Below are positions 38,731-52,739 of a stretch of 64,000 bases of DNA, piece by piece (the first letter of the stretch is position 1; each line of letters starts with the position of its first letter). The position numbers and the translations under genes were made by a program. The stretch comes from Felis catus (taxonomy: Eukaryota). Below the pieces are notes generated by a model, which searched no databases, was not told the origin of the DNA, and saw only the letters and a program-made list of their open reading frames with translations. The stretch spans positions 65,660,001 through 65,724,000 of the forward strand of contig NC_058368.1 of assembly GCF_018350175.1 (NCBI RefSeq), in the 5' to 3' direction.

Positions 38731-41151
38731 CTGTTTTCTGATCAGAAATAGATTCAAGGAGGTTAAGGAAGTTAAAGTTTATTGTCAAGTAATATTAAGT
38801 AGATTTAAATCAAAGCACCAAGTTAACTTCTTTTCAGCCTCAGGATATCCAAACTCTGCTAGGAACCATTAGAGGATCAGATCTTGTTCAGCAATCAAAA
38901 TAGTTTTAGTTACTTATAATTTTATCTCAGAGACATTCACAAAGCTAAGACATTTCACATTTGGACAGGCCATTGAGAGATGGTTTTCTATTCATGCAAC
39001 ATCACAGTTTTACTTGTCTAGGGAAATGAAAATTTATTTTACCCCGATACCCATTCCAATGTTTAACAACTATCACAGCCAAGATGGAGTGCATTACTAA
39101 TGAAAAATTTGCATTTCACATATTCTTTCAGCTCATTCTATTTGTATGTTCAGAGAAAATAAAGGTCAGATGGTATCACTCTTTTTAATTGATATGTAGG
39201 ACCTCCCTTTTATGTTGTATTTTTTATTTTTATTTTTTTTGCTCAGATGCACTACTTTCTACTTATAGTTATCTGATTTCTTCTTAACTCTGTTCCACCA
39301 AACGGTTGTTTTTGTACTTAAGTAATTATTTTTTTAAAAAAGTCTATCTATAATTCTACATTTGGAACACCTCTAACTTCTATACATTGCAAATGTGTTA
39401 GGTTAGGTATCTCTACATTTTGCTCTCCCAGATAAAACTCCTCAATGAACAGACATGCTTTTATTGTAAAATGAAGCCTGGAATATTTCCTTAAAAGCAA
39501 ACTGCCAAAGTAAATTTGGAGACACCACCATAACCAGATATTTTATCAGCCAATGCGACTTCAAAATCTCATGCCTCTGTGATTGACTAACAGGAAACTG
39601 TTTTCTTTTTACCCCAATATATGAACACAAGTGCTTCCGTCTGCCATGTATACCCTTGGCCACAGTTAGATGACTGAATTATAACTGAATCATGCATGTG
39701 CTGAGTTTTAGCAGAGTATTCCTGCAGGATGCAACAAGGATAAAAATTGATGTCCCTCTTGAAACAGAGTGGTACAGATGGTGCAGCTTTATAGCTGTCT
39801 CCAAATACCAAATGCCAAACTGCTCCTTTGATAAGGCAAGGCAGTGTAAAGGTTTAAATATAGCCTCTTGGTGGAATGTCAGTGAATGATGGGTCCCAGT
39901 TACAAACATTCCAAAATGTTCTCTGTTTAAACATTTTTTACAACCATGGTTGTGGAAATTCTATATCCAGGAAATTATGCACAGGGGAAAGAACACGAGA
40001 CCTACCTTGAAAATCTATGTGTATACTAACAAATCAAGTAAATTTGAAGGGGGAAATGACAGACTGGCAGCTAGTGAAGTCAGTAGTTCTGCAAACACCT
40101 GCCTTAAGCGGAATCTGAAAATGTTATGTTAAACCTAGAGGACTGGCCTCTGTGTAACAACAAAACGAGGAACTTACTTTCTTAAATTAGGTTAATTATT
40201 TTTTATGGCAAAAAATCCATGCAGATGTTAAATGCTGGTCTTCTAGTATCAGAATTGCATTTATGTTATAGAATGGTTAATTTTATAATTTTGCTTTACT
40301 GTGTGTGTATGTATATGTGTATGAATTTGAATATATGAATATATATTTGAATTGATTTATTTTTAATACACATGCATCATATTCCTTTAAAAACTAAAAG
40401 GGCTGTTAGTGGTGGTATCCACCTTCATTATTTATACTAGAGAAATGAATAGTAGGAAATACAATTTTAACGACCTTGTTTGTTGTTGTTGTTGTTGTTA
40501 ATAAAACTGGCTAAGGGGCTATAAGGAAAAGTGGAATTATATAAAACAGTAGACTCATAAAATAGTTTAGAACCTTCCCAAAATTAGCTGGCAAAGTGAT
40601 TAAAATTATTTTAGCTAATTTTGAAATAATTGCGAAGGGAATATATTCGAAACAACTGTATTTAATCTATAGAGTCAGCAAATAAATCAAGACAAGGAAG
40701 TTGTCAAATAATTTTGAAAGCTGTATGCAGCTGGGTTTTATTTTTATAGCTAAAATAAATGATTACCAAATTAAATGATTCCTTTAGAGGAGATTTATGG
40801 GTATTCCAATGAGAACAATGGAAAGAAAGGAGCATTCCTTTCATTATGACTATACTACTGTCTCTCCTATACCTGGACAACTATGTAGCAGTGAATTCAC
40901 AAGAATGTTCCAGGGGAAGATATGTTGTATTTCCACATATAAGCTCTGTTTTATTCAGACTATTGTATTTTCTGTAATTTTTACTTCTTAGAGGCCCAAT
41001 AACCTGATTTGTCACAGTTTTGACTCATGTCTGCTGAATAAATCACATTGGCTTATTGATTCCAGTGGATACAGATATCAGTATATACTAAGGAGAGTGT
41101 ATTTAACACTTGCAAAAACCCGGCCAAATAACTCCCAAGTTAGTGAGTTGG

Positions 41152-41371
41152 TTTTTTTTTTTTAACATTTATTTATTTTTGAGAGAAAAAGAGACAGAGC
41201 ATGAGTAGGGGAGGGGCAGAGAGAGAGGGAGACACAGAATCTGGAAGCAGTCTCCAGGCTCCCAGCTGTCAGCACCAAGCCCGACACAGGCGGGGCTCGA
41301 ACTCACTAACCACGAGATCATGACCTGAGCCAAAGTCGGATGCTTAACCGACCGAGCCACCCAGGCACCCC
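41152..41371 (-). mobile_element. CAN-SINE (SINEC_Fc family)
   Basis: Antisense full-length copy. Degenerate TSD ccaagttagtgagtt / ccaagctagtggagtt. Confidence 0.96.
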
Positions 41372-41399
41372 CAAGCTAGTGGAGTTTTTAAAAGACTAC

Positions 41400-41845
41400 T
41401 TTATTCTGGTTTAATTTATGTGAGAATACATTTTAAACATAGAATTTGATGAGTTTTGATTAATATTATCACTGGTGTCATCATAATCCATATCAATATT
41501 TAGAATATTTCCATCGTCCCTAAAATTCCTTCATGCCCCAATTTCAGTCCTTCCTCTCAGCCTCCACTTCAGCAAACCATTAGTCTGCTGTATCTCACAG
41601 TACATTGTTCTCGCCAGTCATGTAAATAATAGCATGTAGTATATACTGCTTTGAATCTGGCTCCTCTTGTTCAGTATAATGGTTTCGAGATTCATCTGCA
41701 TTGTTGCATATAACAGTGGTTTATTCTTTTTAAATTTTTGAGGAGTATTCTACTGTAGCAATACATCATAGTAAGTTCATTGACTCACACGAATTTCTGG
41801 TGATATCATTAGCATGGTTAACTTTATAAGAAAAGGCCAGACTTT
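41400..41845 (-). mobile_element. Old L1 (L1MB/ME-like) 3' fragment
   Basis: agaatatttccatc, tctggctcctcttgttcagtataat..gagattcatctgcattgttgcatataacagt and ttaactttataagaaaaggccagact. Confidence 0.8.
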
Positions 41846-42694
41846 TCTTTTTTTTTTTCCTCTTTTTTCTTTTATATATTTTTTAAAATGAAATTTATTG
41901 TCAAATTGGTTTCCATACAACACCTGATGCTCATCCCAACAGGTGCCCTCCTCAATGCCCATCACACACTTTCCCCTCCCTCCCACCCCCCATCAACCCT
42001 CAGTTTATTCTCAGTTTTTAAGAGTCTCTTATGGTTCGGCTCCCTCCCTGTCTTTTTTTTCCCCCTCCCCTCCCCGATGGTCTTCTGTTAAGTTTCTCAG
42101 GATCCACATAAGAATGAAAACATATGGTATCTGTCTTTCTCTGTATGACTTATTTCACTTATCATAACACTCTCCAGTTGCATCCACATTGCTGCAAAAA
42201 GCCAGATTTCATTCTTTCTCATTGCCAAGTAGTATTCCATTGTATATATAAACCTCAACTTTATCCATTCATCAGTTGATGGACATTTAGGCTCTTTCCA
42301 TAATTTGGCTATTGTTGAAAGTGCTGCTATAAACATTGGGGTACAAGTGCCCCTATGCATCAGCACTCCTGTACCCCTTGGGCAAATTCCTAGCAGTGCT
42401 CTTGCTGGGTCATAGGGTAGATCTATTTTTAATTTTCTGAGGAACCTCCACACTGTTTTCCAGAGTGGCCGCACCAGTTTGCGTTCCCACCAGCAGTGCA
42501 AGAGGGTTGCTGTTTCTCCACATCCTCTCCAGCATCTATAGTCTCCTGATTTGTTCGTTTTAGCCACTCTGACTGGAGTGAGGAGATATCTCAGTGTGGT
42601 TTTGATTTGTATTGCCCTGATGAGGAGCGATGTTGAGCATCTTTTCATGTGCCTGTTGGCCATCTGGATGTCTTCTTTAGAGAAGTGTCTATTC
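41846..42694 (-). mobile_element. 5'-truncated feline LINE-1 (L1_Fc-like): poly(A) tail, 3'UTR and ORF2 C-terminus
   Basis: T-rich tail, 3'UTR aatgaaatttattgtcaaattggtttccatacaacac.., and an open frame encoding L1 ORF2 motifs. Confidence 0.96.
42097..42694 (-). pseudogene. LINE-1 ORF2p C-terminal fragment (Cys-rich domain and C-terminal tail)
   Basis: [88 protein letters not shown]. No endonuclease or RT domain and no promoter. Confidence 0.95.
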
Positions 42695-43087
42695 CGTTTG
42701 AGATCTTGAGTACAGGCAGCCATCTTTCCTGGAAAGATCTGGCTTAATGAGAATGAGTGATCTTAGAGGCTAGGGAAATTGGCAGTGATTTTATTTCTAG
42801 TTTCTGACCATCTAACGATAGTCAGAAGACACGTGCAATTAAGTTACTTTCATTTCCTGTGCTTTCTTCCACCCGGCTACTCTTTTCCTACCTTATATAG
42901 GGCCCAACTCCTGGTTTGTCTGGGAATTATAGCACCAACACTTTTAGCACAGAAAGCATTGAGTCCCAGGACCTAAGTTCCTTAGCCCACAGTGGACTGG
43001 AGGATTGGTCATCTGAATTATATGTGAATTGAATTATATACTGAATTGAGTCAGTCAGTAATCAAATTATTAGCCTACAGTCCTCTT

Positions 43088-43312
43088 TTTTTTTTTTTTA
43101 TTTTTTTTCAACGTTTATTTATTTTTGGGACAGAGAGAGACAGAGCATGAACGGGGGAGGGGCAGAGAGAGAGGGAGACACAGAAACGGAAACAGGCTCC
43201 AGGCTCTGAGCCATCAGCCCAGAGCCCGACGCGGGGCTCGAACTCCCGGACCGCGAGATCATGACCTGGCTGAAGTCGGACGCTTAACCGACTGCGCCAC
43301 CCAGGCGCCCCA
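43088..43312 (-). mobile_element. Young feline SINEC_Fc, full length
   Basis: CpG-rich antisense copy. Perfect 16-bp TSD agcctacagtcctctt at 43072-43087 and 43313-43328. Confidence 0.98.
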
Positions 43313-46019
43313 AGCCTACAGTCCTCTTAATTGAGAGAATATTTTTTTAAAGTAGCAATGTGGTTTAATAATAATAACTATATAGATCTAGCTTTTAAGT
43401 AGTTATAATGCTCTAAGCTCTATTGGCAATGCATTATATGTTATCTTTTTAAATTCTCACACAAGCTTAATGTCACTTTATCAACGAGTTAATTGACATG
43501 CAGCGATATTAAATAATTTAACCATGGTCTCTAATTTGTGAAGTAACAAAGCAAGTATCTCTTTAGCTGACTGACTTCCTTACCTGTTCCATTACCTTTC
43601 CCTTGCTGTACTGTCTCAGGAAGTACCTTAGAATAAACGTCTTTTTTTTAAACTTCAAATAAATTGTTCAAAAATATGTGTGTGTATATAAAATATATAA
43701 TGTATACAATTAACAGTGCACATTAATATTGAAGGTATGGGATTGTGTTGGAATAGAGACAGCAGGTATCCATTCATTGTATGTTAGAAAGTTTGAACAG
43801 TTCTCTTTGAATTTCTATAGTCAGCATGGCATTATTTTTGTAATTCAAGGGACAGAAATGTGGAAAAAAATAATTTTCCCCGTTGAATATAAAGTATGTA
43901 CGTATTTGTATTATTCTAAATGACATTTCCTAAGCTGGAAAAAATATGAAATCGAACATTTTCTAAAACACTGAGTTCAAAATTCTCATTTCCAAGATAA
44001 TTTAGGAAGTAAAATAGAGCTTTTAAATTACTTATAAGTCAATTCACCATTCTGTCAGAGTTATTTTTCAATCCTTGACTTTCTTCCATATGTATGCTTT
44101 AAGGGCCTGTTGAGGTAGGAGTGTAGAAATTTAACTCCTTGGTGAGGGCAAGTAAATCAGGGATTAACATGTTTATGGTACTTGAATTGTGTGGCAGTTA
44201 TTAAAGTGTTGAAGTGCTTAATATCCCTCTAAATGTAATAAGACACAATATAAAAATACTTTAGTTACTTTTAAGAAAATTAAGATTTAGTTAATGTAGT
44301 TTTACAAAACCATGATTCTTTGAATCTGGAAGGATATATAAATTCATGCTTTGTCCTTGAGAGTCAATCTGTTTGTTCAATCTGTTCACATTTTGTAGTC
44401 TTTGCATACAATTTGCATCTTAGGATTCACCTCTAGGAAACTTATCCTCTTTAGAGCTGTTTCTAATCTGGGCTTGTAGTGATAAATGCTAAGGAGGAAT
44501 GTGAATCCTACTATTATTACAAAACTCTTTGAACTCATTAAAGACAGCCTTCTAGGAGTTCACCTTCATTTACATCGGGACCTTTAGAAGGAACTTGACA
44601 GGTGCTACTTCTGTTTATTCTTTTCCTTTAAAATGAAGCACTGGCAGCAGGCTGTTAGATTCTGTGACAGCTCATGACCCACCTGAGATGAGTAAAAATG
44701 GAAAGCCCCCTTTCTCCTGTGGGAGCAAGTGTTAGGTTTCAGTGATGGAAATACAGAGCATAGTATTTGCAATGAAGGGACTATGATTTAATCTTGATTC
44801 TACGTATACTAGCTTAAAAGTAATATTGAATTTTTCTGATTGAGTAAACTCATCTCTAATATGGTTGAACAAAAATACCCACATGAGAGAAGAGTGATTG
44901 AAGACAATATGATGATATGATGAAGCACATGCCGAATGTTTTGTGATTGTGATGTGCTTGCTGTATTAATTAACTTTTCCTTTAATCAACTCCATTTGAG
45001 GAAAATGGGACACACCAAGGTAATATAACTTATTCAAAGGAAGTAACTTAGTAGAGATTGGAACCTTGGTCTTGCCTTAATTCTCTATGGAAAGCTGGGT
45101 GAAAGGAAGTCATTTTTTCTCAATTACTGAATGAGAACTAAGCCCAGGTTTAATGCTGTTCTGTCTCTGGGAAGAATTGCATTGAACTGTGCTTTAGAAT
45201 AAGCATATTTTGTGAACGGCAGAAGAATATTCTGCTCAAGGACTTATGGGACAGGGGTTGAAAATCATTTCTATGGATTGATCCCCTTACAAAGGAGATG
45301 AGCGTATGGACCTGTGTCACGCATTGGCCGTGGAAGAGTATGTCTTATAATGAGTTGTTTACAATAGGCTTGCATGGAGGAGGAGAGTGAGGGCCCTAGT
45401 ATGTTTCAGATAACCCCAGAGTATTTTCACGTCTGACTAGATGCTTTTCGCTGACAATGAGACACATGGGTAGTGGCCATGGAACTTTGCTTTGCCTACC
45501 CAACCCATTTGGGATACTGCCAGGCCTCAAAGCTATTCTGAAAGCCATCCCTGTGTCTTCTTATTGTCCTGAAGCACGTACGTGAGGCAGAAGTCATCCA
45601 TCCAATTGTGTGTCTGCTCTTTGACCCCAGGCTTATGCTCAGCTGTTTTGAATTTGATCTATATGTTCCTTTTCCTTAATCCTGTTTAGATTTTTGGCCA
45701 TTCATGAATACTATAGTATTCAGAATGATCTAGGCTAATGAATTATCACTAAAAGCCAACGGTACCTTATGGTGGGGAGTAGGGAGGGGTGGAGGAAAGA
45801 AGGGAAAATATCACAATAATTCTATATCTAAAGTTGAACTTGCAGAGTTACTTTGAGTATATTTACTACCAAGTATAGGTCTCACAGCAGCAAGTTTTGA
45901 TTTGCTTGTGTCTTGTCATATCTTGAATATGACATCTGTATAGCAATATCTCCTAAAGAGACACCAAGATAATCAAGACATGGAATCAAATGGAAATTAA
46001 AAACAAACAGATGCACACA

Positions 46020-46157
46020 CATGAGAATACCTCGAGGCACATGCCCTAATGAATCAAATAGGGTTGATCAGAATCCTGGTGGAATCAGGTGAAGGTATCA
46101 CTATTTTTTAATGTTAAACAAGTGACTCTAACATACATCCAGGGATGAGAACACTGT
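46020..46157. mobile_element. MER5-like DNA transposon relic
   Basis: atcagaatc..caagtgactctaacatacatccagggatgagaacactg terminal motif. Confidence 0.55.
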
Positions 46158-46179
46158 AATAGAGCAATAGTAGGTAGGA

Positions 46180-46320
46180 ACTATTCATTCATGTAAGCAT
46201 TAACAGAAGTTTACTTAGAAAATACTCTATGCCAGGGACTGGTTACCAAAAATACTGTGGCTTTAAGGAGCTCAGAGACTGACAGTACTGATGGTACAGA
46301 ATAGAAAGCAAGTACATGAA
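46180..46320 (-). mobile_element. L2 3' end remnant
   Basis: attcattcat..tactctatgccagggactgg..ctttaaggagctcagagact. Confidence 0.6.
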
Positions 46321-47864
46321 TGGTTCCCAAATGTTTTTCGTTGTGAGTTTAATAAGTGAAACAAATTATAACATGGAGCTGTTTGACTCATAAGATCTTG
46401 TTACACCTTTGCAGTAGGACCTTTGCTTTGTATTGGAACCCCATAGAGTTCCCAGCAATGCACTTCAGGCAAAAGAAGAATTTACAAACTGTTTGCCAAG
46501 CAAATGTCCATATAAGAAGTTATTTTCTTCAAATCAAATTAAAAATAAAATATATTCAGTACCTGACAGGTACTGACATACATTAAGAAAGGCCTGGTAA
46601 ACACATGTACTTAATTTTTGTTGAGTCTTTCCATATAACTCTTCTCTGTCTGATTCGATATATCTGCTTCTAAGACAGCTCTGTCTCTAAATAGTATTGG
46701 ACCTTAAAGTTAACCTAAATCATTCCTGTGTTTGAGAATTCAAATGCAATGGTAGACATTCCTTTCGCCAATGTAAAGTTGTGTCGTACCCTCTTTTTCT
46801 CAAGTGGTGAATACAGACACACTGGCTTCCTGGGCAAAGGAATCTGCTATCTGCTCTGCCAACAGTGAGGTGTGTGGAATTGGACACGTTACTTCATCTT
46901 ACAATCAAGTACAATTGTCCATTAGTGGCAAAGATTGTGCCAGATGTAGAGACAAAAATACTCCAGATGAGTTGTTTTGCATCTGTAAAAGAAGTAGTTG
47001 AAGCCAATGGGCTGTCAATCCCTCACCAACACTGAAATTACATTATTCTAAAACTCTAAGCCAGAGGAAGCAAGGGAAAATGGAAGTCCTTATGGCAGTG
47101 TTTCGGTGGTCTCTTTGCCAATTTCTAGACCTGTGTCTTGAGTAAAGTTGCTGTTCTTTCTAAGCATTGGTTGTTCTTCCATGTAATATTGGATTAATAA
47201 TAGTATTATTTAGTGATTAGTTTGAGGATTTCATGAAACGTTTGTAAATCATTTAGGAAATAAAAGTTATTTGGTTAAATACTGAAAGTGACGAGTATTT
47301 TGGAAAATGTCAATGTATTTTCACTTATTCTTAATAAAAAACGCTGTGTAACAATAAAATAACTTCAAGGAGCAAGTGTAGAGTGTTTAAGAATCACTTT
47401 GTATGTTTATTTAGGTATATAACCTATATTTTTATTTTCAAGAAGGTTGTGGTTTTAAAAAGCCAACAAACCCAGCGGTGGACTATAAAAAGCGCTTTGT
47501 ATTCAACAGGTTTTTTTTTTATTTTTATATTATTTTCATGTAAGAATTTTTTTTTATTTAAGGAAACACACAGGTATTTGTTATCATGTAGACCAGCAGA
47601 TATCAGAATAGCTCCCTTCTTATGACAAACTCATTTGGCAAATATAGTAAAGATGGAAAGATACCACAATGTGGTAGAGGCAAATTAGTGGAACACCCAT
47701 AATATTTCAGGTGTCATTACAGTGACAGATATTTCTACCATTTTTGCCATGTCCAGTCCCTACAGACTGTCCTCCACCTCTTCTCTGAAAGGCTTTCTTT
47801 TCACTTGGGTTGGGTAATTCTAGGTATTCTGAATTTGAAGTTTCTCTTAAAATCTCCTCATTAT

Positions 47865-48420
47865 AGAAATTAAAATGAAAAGGACAATAATATGCACTTT
47901 TCACCTGTTATATTGGCAACAATTTAAAAGTTGTTATTCTCAGTGTCGAAAGAGCGTGGAGAAGCCTTTCGGTGTTACTTTTGGGAGCAAAAGAAGAGTC
48001 ACTGTTCTCAGAGAACCAGTCACCAACAAGGTGGACACACCCATGTTTATTCACAAGCCTACTCTTTGACTCAGGAATTCAACTTTAGGAATTTGTCAAC
48101 GTTTAGGAATAATAATTCCTAATGATAAGTCATCTAATAATCATTACTATTCAACTTTTAGGACTTTTGTTGTGCACGTGACCGAGTGTGCAAACATTTA
48201 AGCACAAGAATGTTTGTTGCACTGTTTGTAATAGCAAAATCTAAAACACCTAATCAATGGAGAGAATGGTATATAAATTATGGTGCATCCATACAATGGT
48301 ATGCAACCATGACAAAGAATAATACTGATTTGAAATGAGGTTCAAGATATATTGATAAATATGAAAATCAATTTGCAATGAGTAGGTTGTGTATAACCCA
48401 TTTGTTTATTTGTTTATAAT
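47865..48420 (+). mobile_element. Ancient L1 (L1ME-like) ORF2 end and 3'UTR fragment
   Basis: ctttgactcaggaattcaactttaggaattt, acaagaatgtttgttgcactgtttgtaatagcaaaa, gaatggtatataaattatggtgcatccatacaatgg. Confidence 0.8.
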
Positions 48421-49109
48421 GATATAAATCTTGTCATGTATGTAAGTCAGTAACTTATGGGTGAAGACATTTATTTGTCTCTAGCCTAAGTCACTTTGAG
48501 GATCTGTGATGTTAGTCAGATCTCCTGCGTACTGTGGCTAAAGATCACTCACTTATATATTCAGTAAGTATTGCAAACCTACTATGTGCTCGGTACTGTG
48601 TCCTAAAGTCAGGCTTTGCCTAATAATTAAGCAGGTGACTTAACTCTTTAAGTGTTAAGATTAACTAATTAGAGAGAGAGAGAGTGAGAGCAGAGTACTA
48701 AGTGCAACAGATAGTATGTGTTGAGTGAGATGTAGCTAATATTGTTTTTGGCTTTTGCATATGGCTTTCCTTGGTGAACACCTCTGGATATGGAGTTGGA
48801 GATCAACTGCTAGAGAATGTATTTTCTTAATTGTACTTTTTGAAAAAAACTTTCAAGTGCTCTATATAAACGGATCTTCAATGATGTTGTAAGTTGCAAG
48901 TCTTTACATGAACCCAGAGATTCTTGCCACTAAATTTTCCCAGGTGTTTTTTATATCTAACAGTTTTGATTTTCTGAGGCTTTAAATCTGGTTTTCAATG
49001 TATACCATGTTCTTTTAGTCTTGCATGCAGAGTCAGTATTTAAGCGAGATGTTTATGGTTGTAGCTGCTAATGTTTTTTTTTTTTTTTTAGATCACATGA
49101 ATTCTAAGT

Positions 49110-49330
49110 GGACAAACTGGGCATTGGAATCCCTTAGTGCTAGATTTTAAATCTATCCAGGAAAGTTAAAATCTTCTGTAAGCATTCATTTTATCCACAG
49201 AGATAAAAATGCCTATTTTACTGTGTTGTCGTGGGTAGTGTCCTTCAATGGTATAATAGATATAAAGCATCTAGGAAAGTGCCTCACAGGGTAAATATTT
49301 AAAACTGATAGGCATTGTAATAACAGTAAT
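49110..49330 (+). mobile_element. MIR remnant
   Basis: aaagttaaaatcttctgtaagcattcatttt..ataaaaatgcctatttta..gtataatagatataaagcatctag. Confidence 0.6.
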
Positions 49331-50365
49331 GATGATTTCTGAAAAAACATGTTTTGCCTCATGAAAAAACACAATGTCTTCTGTTCCTTTAACGTGTTTT
49401 TTTCACTTATAACCAGGTAAGAAATTAAGTAATTCTCTCCACTGAAATTATCATGTCAAAGTCAAATCAGCATTATGTTGAAAGGAATGTGTGCTACCAC
49501 CAAGGACACATTATAAGTCATTTTTAGGGGAACTCTGACCCAACAGAACATGCCAACACATTGTGGGTTTATGCTATTTGCTGACCTTTAACTCTGTAAA
49601 TTTAACTGTGGAAATCTGACTTAAATTATTCATATTCATTTCTTTTAATAACCTATAATAATATAACTTCCTTTCAAAGACATTGGAAATATGGAATGAT
49701 GTAGTCACAAAAGTTAAAGTAACTTTTTTTTGGAGTAATGCATTTAGGAAAAAAAAAGCAGTTTACATTTCACTCAATTTCCATCTTTGGCTTCTATTTT
49801 ATGTGTACAGCAAGCTTATAAAACAGCTAAAAAAGATATTTTTGGTCAAAATATCATGTCAGTTTTAGTATATACCCAAGAGCAACTTAAATAAAAGTTC
49901 CTTGTGTCACTATAGCTACACATTTCTTATCTGCTTGACGATTATTGAAATATATGTTGGGTATAAATACAGACGAAGAGGTAGATTTTTTTTTCCAAAA
50001 GTCATGTTATGTAAAATTATTGCTAAAATACCTCAAATTTTTAAGGAGGAATCCCAGACTATTCCAAGTAGCCTAAATCAAAGAGAGAAGGGGAAAAAAA
50101 AATCCATCATCTAGGAAAATCTCTATTATGCAGAGCAATGCCTGATTATATGAAGGGTGAGTTCTTTTTGCTTTGAAATGCTGGATTTTTTTTTATTGTA
50201 GAATTTTTATTTTGACCATTTTCTGAGCATTGCTGCCTCTTCACAGAAGTAGATTAAGTTATACAAGGAGTCACCTTATCTCAGTATCAGGGAAAACTCA
50301 ACTGCCAGTGTTAGAAACTGATCAATTAAGAAATGAAGAGACTTGTATAAAATTGAGTTGTTTCA

Positions 50366-50426
50366 TTTTTTAAGCTTATTTATGTTGAGAGAGAGAGAGA
50401 GAGCACGAGCAGGAGAGGAGCAGAGT

Positions 50427-50480
<54 letters not shown>

Positions 50481-50608
50481 ATCCCAAGCAGACTCCGCAC
50501 CATTGGCACAGAACCCAATGTGGGGCTCGAACTCTCGAACTCTGAGATCATGACCTGAGCCAAAATCAAGAGCGAGATGCTTAACCTCCTGAGTCACCCA
50601 GGCGCCCC
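50366..50608 (-). mobile_element. Older CAN-SINE with an expanded (CT)n tract
   Basis: Antisense ..tggggctcgaactc..tgagatcatgacctgagccaaaatcaagag..cacccaggcgcccc with an (AG)n run at about 50432-50476. Confidence 0.95.
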
Positions 50609-52739
50609 CTCACTTTTGACATTAAAAAAAAAAATCCTTCCATTTCAAAATCTTGTCTAGACTCTCTGATTCTAGAAAAAAGAGTACTCTTTCCCTGTAG
50701 AGCATATATGCAGTGTGGGAAATCAAGAGAGAGAATGCAAGGAGTTATAAGCCAGCAGTCTGTCGAGTAGCAAATAAATGTTCAGCCAGTACTTAGAGGC
50801 ACCAGACACTGTGAAGACAGCTATTTAACAAATCACCAAGAATGGCCGTTCAATGATTCTTAAATGTGAACGTGGAGGAAGATGTGGTGCTGTGGAAACA
50901 TAGGCTAGTGGGTGGCAAGAGCCCGGTGTTCTGGGCAGAACTTCCCTGAGGAGGTGGTGGTGAGGCCGGAGCCTGTGGTGTGGACACAGGTTGGAAGGGC
51001 ATTTCCTATGATCCAAGGAAGGAAGAACAAAAAAAGGTCATCAAATCTCAAGGGTAACGTTTTTGGTTTTTTTCCAGGAATGAGAGCTGTTGGTATCATT
51101 TATCCCAGCCTACTCAGATCAGTGCAGGATTAAGGACAGACCTTAAGCAAAAAGAAAAAAAAAAAAAAAAAAGCATGTATTGATTAGTTTATTTAGGGGC
51201 GGATACAGATGTTAATTCACAATTAGCAAGAGATGCCTACCTACTCAAAAGTATGTAGCAACATATTTGCCCACGAGGCTGTTTTTAATTTCAGAGAGGA
51301 AGGGCTGTGGTTACCTGATTTGTTGCTTTTAGCTTGAGTAGTTCAAGCGCTCTGTTATAGTTCACACAATGAGACTAAATTGGAAATGTAACCAACAGGT
51401 GATCCATTAAGAACTTGAGTGCAGTTAAGTCTTCCTTGGGGATGTATACTTTTACAGCCAATAAACCTGGCCTTACCAGCTCCTAGTCAGTTTGCTTGCC
51501 AATAACAAAGCCTTGTAATGTAACAAAGCGACACTCAGAAAAGCCAGTCCTCTTAGATTTCCACCCTGAATATTGACTCCGGAAAGCCTCTCAAAAATGC
51601 CTGGTATTCAGTATTCCCCTGGATGCCCTTTTGAGGTTTGGAAAGAAGGTAATCGGGGATGATGTGCCCGCCATGTTTGGGTGGGCTTAAGGCAGGTTCT
51701 TGCATATAACATTAATTTTAAAAATATTTCAATCATGATTTGAAATGAAAGAGAGTCCCTAAAAGCTTTAAATTTTGCTTTCAAAAATATTAATTGTCTG
51801 ACATGATGATGTATATACTGCTGGAAGATATAGCTGTGATGTAGGCCATAACCAATTGATTGCAAGGTCATAAAAATTATGTCTACGCGTGAGGACGATG
51901 ACATTGGCTCGCAAGATATACTCTTACATAATAGGTTCAGACAGCTAACTTGAAAGAAGAGTGCTAATAATGCATATGAGAGGTAATTCAACATTAATAC
52001 TTTAAGTACATTGTAATTTTTAGGGAAGCATCCCCAAATGTAATAAATGCTTGAAAGCACCATATCTCTGTAATGGTTTTTATAATCTCTTCTTTATTAA
52101 TAGAATAGTTCAATGTATCATCAAAGGATGCCTTTAAAAGGTCTAAATGCACTCAAAAGATCAAAATCTTTATTCATTTGTGATGGTAGTTTCTAATGAT
52201 TATGAAACCAATTTTTAAATGATTTCATTTTACTGTCATGGGATGCTGAAGGGTCTTAGAAGCCATCCCTCTGGCTCCCAAAGTTTCAAAAGCAATACCT
52301 TTTGCCCCTCTTTCCTACCTGTGGTCTTGCCCCTTTTCACATTCATTTTCACCCTGCTGGGAAGCAAGGGATGGTTTAAAGCTCTCTGCCTTCTTTCAGT
52401 TGGTTCCCATTATCTACAGCAGCATTTGTCAAAGCGTGTACCACTAGCTCAGCCTGTTGTAATGTGCATCATACGAAACACAATCCTATGTGTTTACCAA
52501 ACTGGGCTAAAATAATTAAGTGGCTGTTTTGTAAGACCTCTCAACTCCTTTAAGGGACAATGTTCACCGAACTTCTTCAGTCATAGAAGTTTGGTGGTAT
52601 TTTTTGTTTTGTTTTGTTTTTTGCTTTGTTTTGCTTTGTTTTCCCTCAGTCCTTGTCAAGAAACTTGTGAACAAGGAAAACTTGCCATCTGCCAACCACT
52701 GGCCAAAACAATATGCATAAAATACCATTCCTTCAACAT

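Noticed and set aside
49405..49425. Isolated donor-like sites (cag|gtaaga at about 49416; tag|gtaagt at about 18295)
   Set aside because: I could not pair them with a plausible acceptor and open frame, and isolated donors are frequent by chance.
51608..52063. Longest non-L1 ORF (151 aa, minus strand)
   Set aside because: Composition reflects AT-rich DNA, the start is non-ATG, and there is no recognisable domain or exon boundary.
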